Shown here one piece after another: positions 56,637-64,000 of a stretch of 64,000 nucleotides of DNA (the first letter of the stretch is position 1; every line of letters starts with the position of its first letter). The DNA lies in the NCBI GenBank assembly GCA_963795005.1, contig CAWCGE010000016.1, positions 1,314 through 65,313 of the forward strand, read 5' to 3'. A program made the translations under genes and the position numbers. Under the pieces are notes generated by a model. The model saw only the letters and a list, made by a program, of their open reading frames with translations. It made no database searches and was not told the DNA's origin. Origin of the DNA: an uncultured Acidobacteriota bacterium. GTDB lineage: Bacteria; Acidobacteriota; Terriglobia; Acidiferrales; UBA7541.

Positions 56637-56868
56637 CGCTACGATGTTACACCGTGCGGAAGTTGAAGGTGAGCAATCGCGAGTGAAATTGGGCGACACG
56701 AAAGTGGCTGGAAGTCGGCGATTGATTCGGGGTCGCGGCGCTTTGCTTTGTGTAACTTATAGGCGTTTCGAATCGCACCGGTTGGCGATTGATTTGGGCT
56801 TGGTTCGTGGCGATGTAACAATGTGACATGGGCGGGAACTTCGCATGATTGCTGAGCTGCGCATCGCG

Positions 56869-56894
56869 GGTCGCAACCCGTGATGCGGGCTGGG
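56869..56894. other. Stable 11-bp hairpin in a 430-bp non-coding region
   Basis: The hairpin is GCATCGCGGGT-CGCA-ACCCGTGATGC, with one G:T position. It has no adjacent T-tract on either strand. Confidence 0.4.
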
Positions 56895-57135
56895 CCGCCG
56901 TTCGCCATATCCTTTCCTTCCTATGGCGCGATAAAAGCTCGATCTTGTGATAACACATTAGTTAACTTTAAGAACGCAAAAAACCGGCCAGGGCGATATG
57001 TATATCCGAGGCCAAGACTTAGCTAAATGTGAAACGGCGCTCTGGCTTGCTGCGTCGTAAGTGTCGAGCATATTGCTCTTCGGCGGCATTCATCCTTTCC
57101 CGAAAGCATCGGGGATCCCCAACGGAGGACTTGCG

Positions 57136-57822
57136 ATGACGACGCGGGAATCACGCGGCCGGGTGAATACGCGGTGGGCGGCCTGCCTAGTGGCTGGCGC
57201 CTTGCTTGCGCTGACTAGCTGTACAGCCGTCAAGGTGAAGCTGGGGATGAGAGTTTATTTGGCGAATACTCCGGTCTCGTCCATGCAAGCCAGCTTGCCC
57301 AATGGTCCAGCCATCGCCCCGGGAGAGAAGTCGCCGCTGATCGTGCAATTCACCCAGCCGGACGGCAAGGTGCTGGTGACGGAAGGGAAAGGCAAGGGGA
57401 AGGTTCTGTGGGCCGACATCATCGTAACTCCAACCGTCGTCACCGCTAACAATAAAGGCATCGTGACCCTGGCTCACGACCCACGGGTCAGCGACGGGAA
57501 AACCGCGCACGTCACCATTACGGTACCCAGTCATCCGGACCTCCACGCGGAACTAGACATTCCCATCACGTACGATTACAACTTCGTCGCAAATTTTTCC
57601 GGCGCACCCGGCTCCGACGGCTCAAACGGAAGCGACGGAATGGCTGGCTCGAGCGGCACTATGGGTTCGACCGATCCGAATAATCCATCACCCGGCGGAG
57701 ATGGCGGGAACGGAACCAACGGCTCGGATGGCGGAGATGGAGGCAACGGAGGAAACGCGCCGCCGGTGCAAGTACGCGTGACATTGAGACCCGGAGCGCA
57801 TCCGCTGCTCCAGGCGAGGTAG
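57136..57822 (+). CDS. Lipoprotein with a Gly/Asp/Asn/Ser-rich C-terminal region
   Basis: I trimmed the ORF to MTTRESRGRVNTRWAACLVAGALLALTSC, which carries the lipobox LTSC. The C-terminal part reads GAPGSDGSNGSDGMAGSSGTMGSTDPNNPSPGGDGGNGTNGSDGGDGGNGGN and then ends abruptly in VQVRVTLRPGAHPLLQAR*. Confidence 0.6.
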   Translation: MTTRESRGRVNTRWAACLVAGALLALTSCTAVKVKLGMRVYLANTPVSSMQASLPNGPAIAPGEKSPLIVQFTQPDGKVLVTEGKGKGKVLWADIIVTPTVVTANNKGIVTLAHDPRVSDGKTAHVTITVPSHPDLHAELDIPITYDYNFVANFSGAPGSDGSNGSDGMAGSSGTMGSTDPNNPSPGGDGGNGTNGSDGGDGGNGGNAPPVQVRVTLRPGAHPLLQAR

Positions 57823-57926
57823 TTCCAGAAGCCAGAACCAACGCCGCGCGTTCTGCGCGGGGCGATCGCGGATGGTCACAGCGGCGACATCCGACCCTGC
57901 CGCGTCCCCGTCTAGCTGCGGATGCC

Positions 57927-58245
57927 TTGGTAGCTGCGCCCGATAATCACACCGTGCTGTGGGAGAACGAGCGGGTGCGTATGCTGCTGCAGACGCGCAT
58001 CCCGCCCGGCGATTCGACTCCCATTCATACTCACCGTTGGCCGAGCGTGATGTTTGTGTTCGCCTGGAGCGACCTGCTCCGGTTTGACACTCAGGGCAAC
58101 CGAGTCATGGACACTCGCCAGTCCGCTGAGGTGCCCAAACTAATGGCAGCAGCCCCTCCCGCCTCATTCGGTAAAAAATATCGGTGACGCGGAGTTCCGC
58201 GCCGTGCAGGTGGAACTCAAGGATGCTCCATACCGGTCTGTATGA
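57927..58245 (+). pseudogene. Small cupin-like gene with an apparent single frameshift
   Basis: Frame 0 gives ...DNHTVLWENERVRMLLQTRIPPGDSTPIHTHRWPSVMFVFAWSDLLRFDTQGNRVMDTRQSAEVPKL. The +1 frame, from about 58144, gives WQQPLPPHSVKNIGDAEFRAVQVELKDAPYRSV*. That is the expected cupin C-terminus (pH...N.G....r.i.vElK). Confidence 0.45.
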
Positions 58246-58252
58246 AGGGGAC

Positions 58253-58588
58253 CTATGTCGACAACATCTGAATCAGATTGCTGAGGCGCATCAGTTCCAG
58301 CACGCGGGGCGTCATGTTGGCAAATTCCAAAATGCATAAACCTTGGTTGATAGCAGACACCTTCAGGCCCACCAGCGCTCCCAGGCCGGAGCTATCGAGA
58401 TAATTCACATCACCAAGGTCAACGACGATGCGGCCGCCCTCTGGGAGCAGATTCTTGACCACGCCTTTCAGGTCTCCCGCGGTCTCACTCACCAACTTGC
58501 CGTGACATTTGACCATCGTTACTTTATTCCCTTGCGGATCATCGTTCGCCTTCTCAACTTGACAATGAAAAGAACTTGTTGGTGTCAT
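58253..58588 (-). CDS. STAS-domain protein (anti-sigma-factor antagonist-like)
   Basis: The protein contains GKLVSETAGDLKGVVKNLLPEGGRIVVDLGDVNYLDSSGLGALVGLKVSA. Confidence 0.8.
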   Translation of the reverse strand: MTPTSSFHCQVEKANDDPQGNKVTMVKCHGKLVSETAGDLKGVVKNLLPEGGRIVVDLGDVNYLDSSGLGALVGLKVSAINQGLCILEFANMTPRVLELMRLSNLIQMLST

Positions 58589-58598
58589 GGCTCGGCAA

Positions 58599-58645
58599 CC
58601 TCCCCTGGTCTGAAAACGGGCATCCTAGCACCGACTCAGGGGAGG
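58599..58645 (-). promoter_or_regulatory. 5'-UTR hairpin pairing an anti-SD sequence with the STAS gene Shine-Dalgarno
   Basis: The minus-strand RNA reads CCUCCCCUG, a 29-nt loop, then CAGGGGAGG, followed by ttgccgagcc and the AUG. This is a perfect 9-bp stem that includes GGAGG. Confidence 0.45.
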
Positions 58646-58725
58646 AAATGTTAAGTTCAGGTTACACGAAGCCATTAGTCCGGCTCGACTGCCGTCCTCC
58701 TCCAGTGCGGCCAAACGCGAGCGTC

Positions 58726-61188
58726 CTATTCGTGGCGCAGCGCCACCATCGGGTCCACGCCCATGGCGCGGCGCGCGGGAATGTAACAGCCCAGGGCGGC
58801 AACGGCAACGAGAAGCAATGACGCGGAAACGTATGCGAGAGGATCGAGGCCGCCGATATTGACAAGCAGGTTCTCGAGAAATTTTGACAGAGCCGCGGAC
58901 ATCGCGACGCCGATCACGAGGCCCGTGAGCACCATCCTCAATCCCTGGCCAATAACCATCCCGAAGATGTTCTGCTGCTGCGCGCCCAGCGCGATGCGGA
59001 CCCCGATTTCGTGCGTGCGCTGATTGACGGCGTAAGAAATCACGCCGTACATGCCGGCGACCGCGAGCAGCAGACTCAAACCACCCAACGCTCCGGCAAA
59101 GATGGCGGCAATGCGCAGGAAGAAGAAGCCGTTGCCGCCCTCAAGAGATTCGGACATGGACATGACGTCGAAGACCGGAAGATTCGGATCGAGCGCGTGC
59201 ACCTGCGCGGCGACTTCTTGCGCGACGTCCGCGGCGGGAAGCGCGCTGCGCACGTGCAGAACACGCACCGAGGTGTAGTTCTGCGTGAGTGGGACATAGA
59301 AGTAAGGAGCGGGAGTTTCGCCGATGAAGGCGGTCTTGCTGTATTTCGCGATGCCGACGACTTCGACGTCCGGCGTGTCGCTCATGCCGCGGCGGAAATG
59401 ATGGCCGATGGGATCTTGCCCCGGCCAAAGCTTCTCTGCGAGGTATTCGTTAATCACAGCCACGGGTTGCGTGGCGCTCTGGTCGCGCTCGTCAATCGCG
59501 CGCCCGCGAATAATTTCGATGCCCATCGCCCGGAAATAATCCGTGTCCACTTTGTTGAAGGGCACGGCGGGGACCTGAGTGACAGGCAAGCCGCGCTGGC
59601 TTTCGTTCCAGAGCGGATTGCGTCCGGAGGCGTAATAGCCCATGGGTACGGAGTAAGCGAATGCGGCAGACTCGACGCCGGGCAAAGCGCGCACGCGATT
59701 GTCGAGTTCGCGGTAGAAATTCGCGCCGCGCTGCGGGTCGTAACCAAGTTCGTGGACGTCCATGGTGAAATTGAGCAGGTGCGTGGGATTGAAGCCGAGC
59801 TCGGACTTCTGCGCCTTCTGCAAGCTGCGCAGGAACAGTCCTGCGGTGATGAGGATGACAAGCGAGCCGGCCGTCTGCGCCACCACCAGGATGCTGCGAA
59901 AGCGATGGCGCGCGATCCCGCTCGTGAGGCTGCGGCCGCTTTCGCGGAGCGTGTCGTTCAGATCAATTCGGGAAGCACGGTACGAGGGAACGAGGCCTGC
60001 GAGAAGTCCTGAAAGGGCGGCGATCGCCCCGACGAAGAGGAACATGTGCCAGTCAAAAGGCTGATCGGTGCGCAAGGCCATATCGCCAGGGAGACGAATA
60101 CCTTCTATCCATTTCATGAGCCACAGGCCGATGACGGCCCCTCCCATAGCGCCGACGGCGGAGATCACCAGACTTTCGGTGAGCAATTGGCGAAACAGCC
60201 GCGGGCGACTCGCTCCCAGAGAGGCGCGCACCGCCATTTCCTTGGCGCGAATCGCGGCGCGCGAGAGCAGCAGGCTGGTGACGTTCAGGCAGGTGACGAT
60301 CATTACCAGGCCGACCAGTCCCAGGAATACGGCGGTGACCACTGGCCACGCGCTCGCGTTGGCAGCCTCGGGACGCGCGAGTTTTTCCGGGATTACGTCC
60401 ATCTGCAGGCCGACGTCGCTATCGGGGTATTCACGCGCGAGATTGTCGGCGATTACCTGAACAGAGGCGGTGGCCTTGGCGAGGGAAACGCCGGGTTTCA
60501 AATGCGCGAGGACGCGGAGCTGGCGGTCCTTGCGTTCGGTGAGGAAATCGGAGGAACCGGCACTGCTGGCGAACATGGCGAGAGGCACGTAGGCGTCGGA
60601 ATCCACGATATAGAACGTGCCGAAGAATGGTTTGGGCGCGACGCCGATGACGGTCACGGGCTGGCCGTTCAGATTCACAGTTTTGCCCACGATCGAGGGG
60701 TCCCCATTGAAGCGGCGTTTCCAGTAGGAGTAACCAAGAACGATGACTGGATCGGCGCCGGCGACTTCGCCCTCGCCGGCGAGAAAAAGGCGACCGAGAG
60801 CGGGCTTGATGCCGAGTGAGGAAAAATAATTGCCCTTGGCGTAAGTGACGAAGACGCGTTCGCTGCGGTCGCCGGTGCTGAGGCCCGCGAAATTGACAAG
60901 GAAGGCGGTCAGGTCTGAAGTGACTTCGCTATGGGCTTGAATGTCGCGGAAATCGGCATTGGAGAGCTGGTGAGGATAGTTAACGTTTGGGTCGTGATCC
61001 GCGATTACGACGAGGCGGCCGGGATCTTTCACGGGCAGCGGATTAAAGAGATAGGAATTGGCGATGCTGAAGACGGCAGTATTGGCGCCGATGCCGAGAG
61101 CTAGGGTGAGCACCACCACGATGCTGAAGCCTGGATTCTTCGCCAACATGCGGATGGCGATGCGGACGTCTTCAATGAGCATCCTCAT
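58726..61188 (-). CDS. ADOP-type duplicated FtsX/MacB-like permease
   Basis: The 820-aa protein starts MRMLIEDVRIAIRMLAKNPGFSIVVVLTLALGIGANTAVFS. It has two MacB-periplasmic plus FtsX halves. Confidence 0.85.
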   Translation of the reverse strand: MRMLIEDVRIAIRMLAKNPGFSIVVVLTLALGIGANTAVFSIANSYLFNPLPVKDPGRLVVIADHDPNVNYPHQLSNADFRDIQAHSEVTSDLTAFLVNFAGLSTGDRSERVFVTYAKGNYFSSLGIKPALGRLFLAGEGEVAGADPVIVLGYSYWKRRFNGDPSIVGKTVNLNGQPVTVIGVAPKPFFGTFYIVDSDAYVPLAMFASSAGSSDFLTERKDRQLRVLAHLKPGVSLAKATASVQVIADNLAREYPDSDVGLQMDVIPEKLARPEAANASAWPVVTAVFLGLVGLVMIVTCLNVTSLLLSRAAIRAKEMAVRASLGASRPRLFRQLLTESLVISAVGAMGGAVIGLWLMKWIEGIRLPGDMALRTDQPFDWHMFLFVGAIAALSGLLAGLVPSYRASRIDLNDTLRESGRSLTSGIARHRFRSILVVAQTAGSLVILITAGLFLRSLQKAQKSELGFNPTHLLNFTMDVHELGYDPQRGANFYRELDNRVRALPGVESAAFAYSVPMGYYASGRNPLWNESQRGLPVTQVPAVPFNKVDTDYFRAMGIEIIRGRAIDERDQSATQPVAVINEYLAEKLWPGQDPIGHHFRRGMSDTPDVEVVGIAKYSKTAFIGETPAPYFYVPLTQNYTSVRVLHVRSALPAADVAQEVAAQVHALDPNLPVFDVMSMSESLEGGNGFFFLRIAAIFAGALGGLSLLLAVAGMYGVISYAVNQRTHEIGVRIALGAQQQNIFGMVIGQGLRMVLTGLVIGVAMSAALSKFLENLLVNIGGLDPLAYVSASLLLVAVAALGCYIPARRAMGVDPMVALRHE

Positions 61189-61562
61189 GGTGTGGCGCCT
61201 CCAGTCTTTTCGGTTGAGATTGCAGGAAAGGCCTGGAAGTATTGGAGCATCTTCAGTGCCAGAGTGCTTGGTTGCTAGTGCATTGATCTGGTGTGGCTTA
61301 TTTGTTGGTTCGGGATCGTGCGCGGGCGAGCTGTGCGCGCGTGGGACGCGGCGTGTCTTGAGAACGGACAGATTGCTGACTATTCGAGCTTTGCGGCACG
61401 GCTGAAGAGTCTTTGTGAGAACTGCAAAGGCGGAACTTCAGCGGCGAAAGCCGCTTGGATTGGCGGCCTCTTGTGGTGGCTAAAAGCCACGACCACAATG
61501 ATTCTGCTGCTCTCATAGAGGCTGTAAAGCGGCGCCTTTCGGTAGGCGTTTGTGAAATGGCT

Positions 61563-62708
61563 CTAGTAGCTTTTCAAGACCCAGGCGGCGATTACGAGAC
61601 GCTGAATTTCGCTGGTGCCTTCGTAAATCTCGGTAATGCGCGCGTCGCGGTAGGCGCGTTCGACAGGATATTCGCTGCTGTAGCCGTAGCCGCCGTGAAT
61701 CTGAATCGCTTTGTGGGCGACGCGGGTGGACATCTCGCTGGCAAAAAGCTTGGCGATGGCCGCTTCCATTGAAAAACGCGCGCTGGAATCTTGTTTCCAC
61801 GCAGCGCGACGGACCAGCAGACGGGCCGCTTCGATTTCCGTCGACATATCCGCGAGCATGAATTGAATGGCCTGAAAATCGGCGATGGGATGGCCGAAGG
61901 CCTGGCGTTGCTTGGCATAGCTTAGCGCGGCTTCAAAGGCGCCCTGCGCGATACCGGTGGCCTGCGCGCCGATGCCGATACGGCCGCCATCCAGAGTGGA
62001 GAGAGCGACTTTATAGCCTTCGCCTTCCTCGCCGATACGGTTTCCGGCGGGAACTTCACAATCGCTGAAGGCAAGCTCGGTGCACGCCGTGGCGTGGATG
62101 CCGAGCTTTTTTTCTTCCTTGCCGACGGCGAATCCCGGCGTGCCTTTTTCGACGACCAGCGCGGTGATGCCCTTCTCGCCTTTTTCCGGCTGCGTGTTCA
62201 CGTAGACGATGGCTGCGTCCGCCGCGCCGCCATTGGTGATCCAGGCCTTGGTGCCGTTGATGACGTACTTGTCGCCCTGGCGCACAGCCTTTGTCGCCAG
62301 CGCCGCGGCGTTCGAGCCTGCCTGCGGCTCGGTGAGCGCGTAGCATCCAATTTTTTCGCCGCGCGCGAATGGCAGCAGGAATTTTTTCTTTTGCTCGTCA
62401 GTGCCGAAGCGGTGGATAGGGTCGCAGTAGAGCGAATTTTGCACTGAAAGAATCACGGCTGTGGAGGCGCACACGCGCGCGATCTCTTCGATGACGATCG
62501 CATAGCTGATGTGATCCATCCCCGAACCGCCTTCGTTTTCGGGGATGGCTACGCCGGTCAGACCCAATTCGGCGGCCTTCTGAATCAGTCCGCGCGGAAA
62601 TCTTCCCGTCTCGTCGTTTTCCTTCGCGAGCGGCTTCACTTCGGCTTCGGCGAAGTCACGGACGCTTTTTTGCAGGAGCTGCTGTTCTTCGGTGAGTTGC
62701 AGGTTCAC
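61563..62708 (-). CDS. Acyl-CoA dehydrogenase (short-chain/butyryl-CoA type)
   Basis: The protein contains ALTEPQAGSNAAALATKA, WITNGG and ...IQIHGGYGYSSEYPVERAYRDARITEIYEGTSEIQ. Confidence 0.92.
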   Translation of the reverse strand: MNLQLTEEQQLLQKSVRDFAEAEVKPLAKENDETGRFPRGLIQKAAELGLTGVAIPENEGGSGMDHISYAIVIEEIARVCASTAVILSVQNSLYCDPIHRFGTDEQKKKFLLPFARGEKIGCYALTEPQAGSNAAALATKAVRQGDKYVINGTKAWITNGGAADAAIVYVNTQPEKGEKGITALVVEKGTPGFAVGKEEKKLGIHATACTELAFSDCEVPAGNRIGEEGEGYKVALSTLDGGRIGIGAQATGIAQGAFEAALSYAKQRQAFGHPIADFQAIQFMLADMSTEIEAARLLVRRAAWKQDSSARFSMEAAIAKLFASEMSTRVAHKAIQIHGGYGYSSEYPVERAYRDARITEIYEGTSEIQRLVIAAWVLKSY

Positions 62709-62815
62709 CCGGATATCCTTAGGCGTTACTTTCGATCAATGGAAAGAACGTAAATTCTAGGCTGGGGCGTAGGAATAGGGAAGCGAAAACCGGCGCTTCT
62801 AAGCCTAGATATTTT

Positions 62816-63484
62816 TCAGCTGCTGATAGGACTTGTAGCGGGGGTAGGCTGTGAAGCCGTCTCCGCCTGTCGCGGCAGCACACAAACGCGAAAATCGGCA
62901 ATGTCTTCGTCGAGGATATTGGAATAGATGGCATACAGACCGACAGCGCCGGAAATGATCACGCCGACGACACTGAAGAAGAGCGCGGCGAACAGAGGGG
63001 TCGGCTTAAAAAGCCCAAGAAACGAGCTCAGCGGCAAAACAACTACAACCCACGCAATGGCACCGTAGGCGAAAGTGCGCCACGAGTACGTCCACCAGAC
63101 TCGCAGCGTGCGCCCGAAAGTCGGCGCGAGCGGCTGGGCGCCCTCGCCGCCCCGATTCCCTAACAGACCGATGCGAAAATGCCGGAAACTCTTGCGCAGG
63201 ATGTAATACATCCCGAAAAAAGCGACTGCGTAGCTCAGCCCGTAGGGATCGATCTTCAAGACAGGGCCAACGAAGCTGGCGGGCAACGCCAAGTCTTGGT
63301 AAAGACGCCGCAGCCAAAAATTCAGGACGAACGTTAAGAGCCCAGAGACCAAGGCTGTCGGCCAGTAGAACGCCCACCAAATCCGCAAGCCGTGGCCCAA
63401 ATTCGGCTGAATATAATTGCTGTTCAGCGGTGGCGACGCGTGCGTCGGAGACGGCGCCTCGAACATCGAAGCAGGACCTGACAT
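62816..63484 (-). CDS. Hypothetical membrane protein with an internal duplication
   Basis: Two similar halves begin GLRIWWAFYWPT and TLRVWWTYSWRT. Each is followed by two hydrophobic helices. Confidence 0.55.
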   Translation of the reverse strand: MSGPASMFEAPSPTHASPPLNSNYIQPNLGHGLRIWWAFYWPTALVSGLLTFVLNFWLRRLYQDLALPASFVGPVLKIDPYGLSYAVAFFGMYYILRKSFRHFRIGLLGNRGGEGAQPLAPTFGRTLRVWWTYSWRTFAYGAIAWVVVVLPLSSFLGLFKPTPLFAALFFSVVGVIISGAVGLYAIYSNILDEDIADFRVCVLPRQAETASQPTPATSPISS

Positions 63485-63553
63485 GGCAATTGGGCCGGAT
63501 TCTGCACCGGCAGTAGCCGTCGAGTCAAGTAGCCATTCTTAAAACGGCCTCTG

Positions 63554-64000
63554 CTAGGAAGAAGCGAGAGATTTGCGGAGCTTTTCGTACGTGGTGGTCA
63601 AATCTTCGGGTTCGATGCGAGTTTCGCCCACAACGGTCATGAAATTGGCATCGCCGGCCCAGCGTGGCAGCACGTGCATGTGCAAATGGCCCGTCACCCC
63701 TGCGCCGGCTGCGCGGCCCAGATTCATGCCGAGATTGTAGCCCTGCGGGTGATAAATCTTTTCGAGCGCCGACTGCACGCGCTGCGCCAGCAGCATCATC
63801 TCCGCCAGAGTCTCTGCATCGGCCGAGGAAAGTTCGGCGACGTGAACGTAGGGAACGATCATCACGTGTCCGGAAGTATAAGGATACAGATTGAGGATGA
63901 CGAAATTTTTGCGCCCGCGGAAAGCAATCAGGGTCTTTGCGTCGTCATTCGCCGCCAGCGCCGCGCAGAAGATGCAACTTTCGTCCTTCTTGGCATCCGC
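63554..64000 (-). CDS. HIT-family protein. The 5' end runs off the window.
   Basis: The histidine triad is GHLHMHVLPRW. Hand translation upstream of the track Met continues in frame as ...KKDESCIFCAALAANDDAKTLIAFRGRKNFVILNLYPYTSGHVMIVPYVHV. Confidence 0.85.
   Translation of the reverse strand, partial: ADAKKDESCIFCAALAANDDAKTLIAFRGRKNFVILNLYPYTSGHVMIVPYVHVAELSSADAETLAEMMLLAQRVQSALEKIYHPQGYNLGMNLGRAAGAGVTGHLHMHVLPRWAGDANFMTVVGETRIEPEDLTTTYEKLRKSLASS

Noticed and set aside
61189-61562. Possible PadR-type regulator or other small gene upstream of the ADOP permease (track ORF 61298..61516)
   Set aside because: I translated all three minus-strand frames by hand and none shows a winged-helix or PadR pattern. 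The 72-aa ORF is Ser/Arg/Gln-rich junk.
1-64000. Mobile elements, prophage, integrases, defence systems, rRNA or tRNA genes
   Set aside because: I looked through all supplied translations and the intergenic regions. No transposase, integrase or recombinase signatures, no terminal inverted repeats flanking a gene block and no nuclease/helicase defence-type cassettes were evident.

Overview
This is a GC-rich (roughly 60%) bacterial chromosomal segment that is densely coding, with about 55 CDS. I saw no rRNA, tRNA, CRISPR array, transposase or integrase. The gene content suggests Acidobacteriota, which is an inference. That content includes an ADOP-type duplicated MacB/FtsX permease, ECF sigma / zf-HC2 anti-sigma / DUF4097 modules, and giant FG-GAP and YVTN/IPT envelope proteins.

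The backbone is housekeeping:
- the rimP-nusA-infB-DUF503-rbfA-truB operon on the minus strand;
- a 14-kb co-directional envelope cluster on the minus strand (lysS-lolC/E-lolD-clpC-bamA-giant lipoprotein-skp);
- recG-rsmD-TonB-like;
- panE, aroK, an acyl-CoA dehydrogenase, an aldo/keto reductase, and MFS and APC transporters.

The items I consider most worth a second look are:
1. An orphan secretin gene whose secretin domain appears to be split by a seven-blade FG-GAP propeller insertion.
2. A divergently transcribed iron-uptake-like operon. One polypeptide fuses an FTR1 permease to a DUF2318 Cys-rich domain, followed by two FtsX permeases and an ABC ATPase. No P19-type gene is present, and two perfect palindromes sit in the shared control region.
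3. A roughly 1,220-aa multi-propeller lipoprotein wedged between bamA and skp.
4. Two convergent ECF sigma / anti-sigma / DUF4097 modules.
5. Several small accessory genes that read as family-typical proteins only if the frame is switched. These are a DUF4258/DUF2283 pair, a tandem PilZ gene and a cupin-like gene. About 20 kb of long housekeeping ORFs in the same window is intact.

All family assignments come from reading the supplied translations, or my own hand translations, against remembered family signatures. No searches were run.
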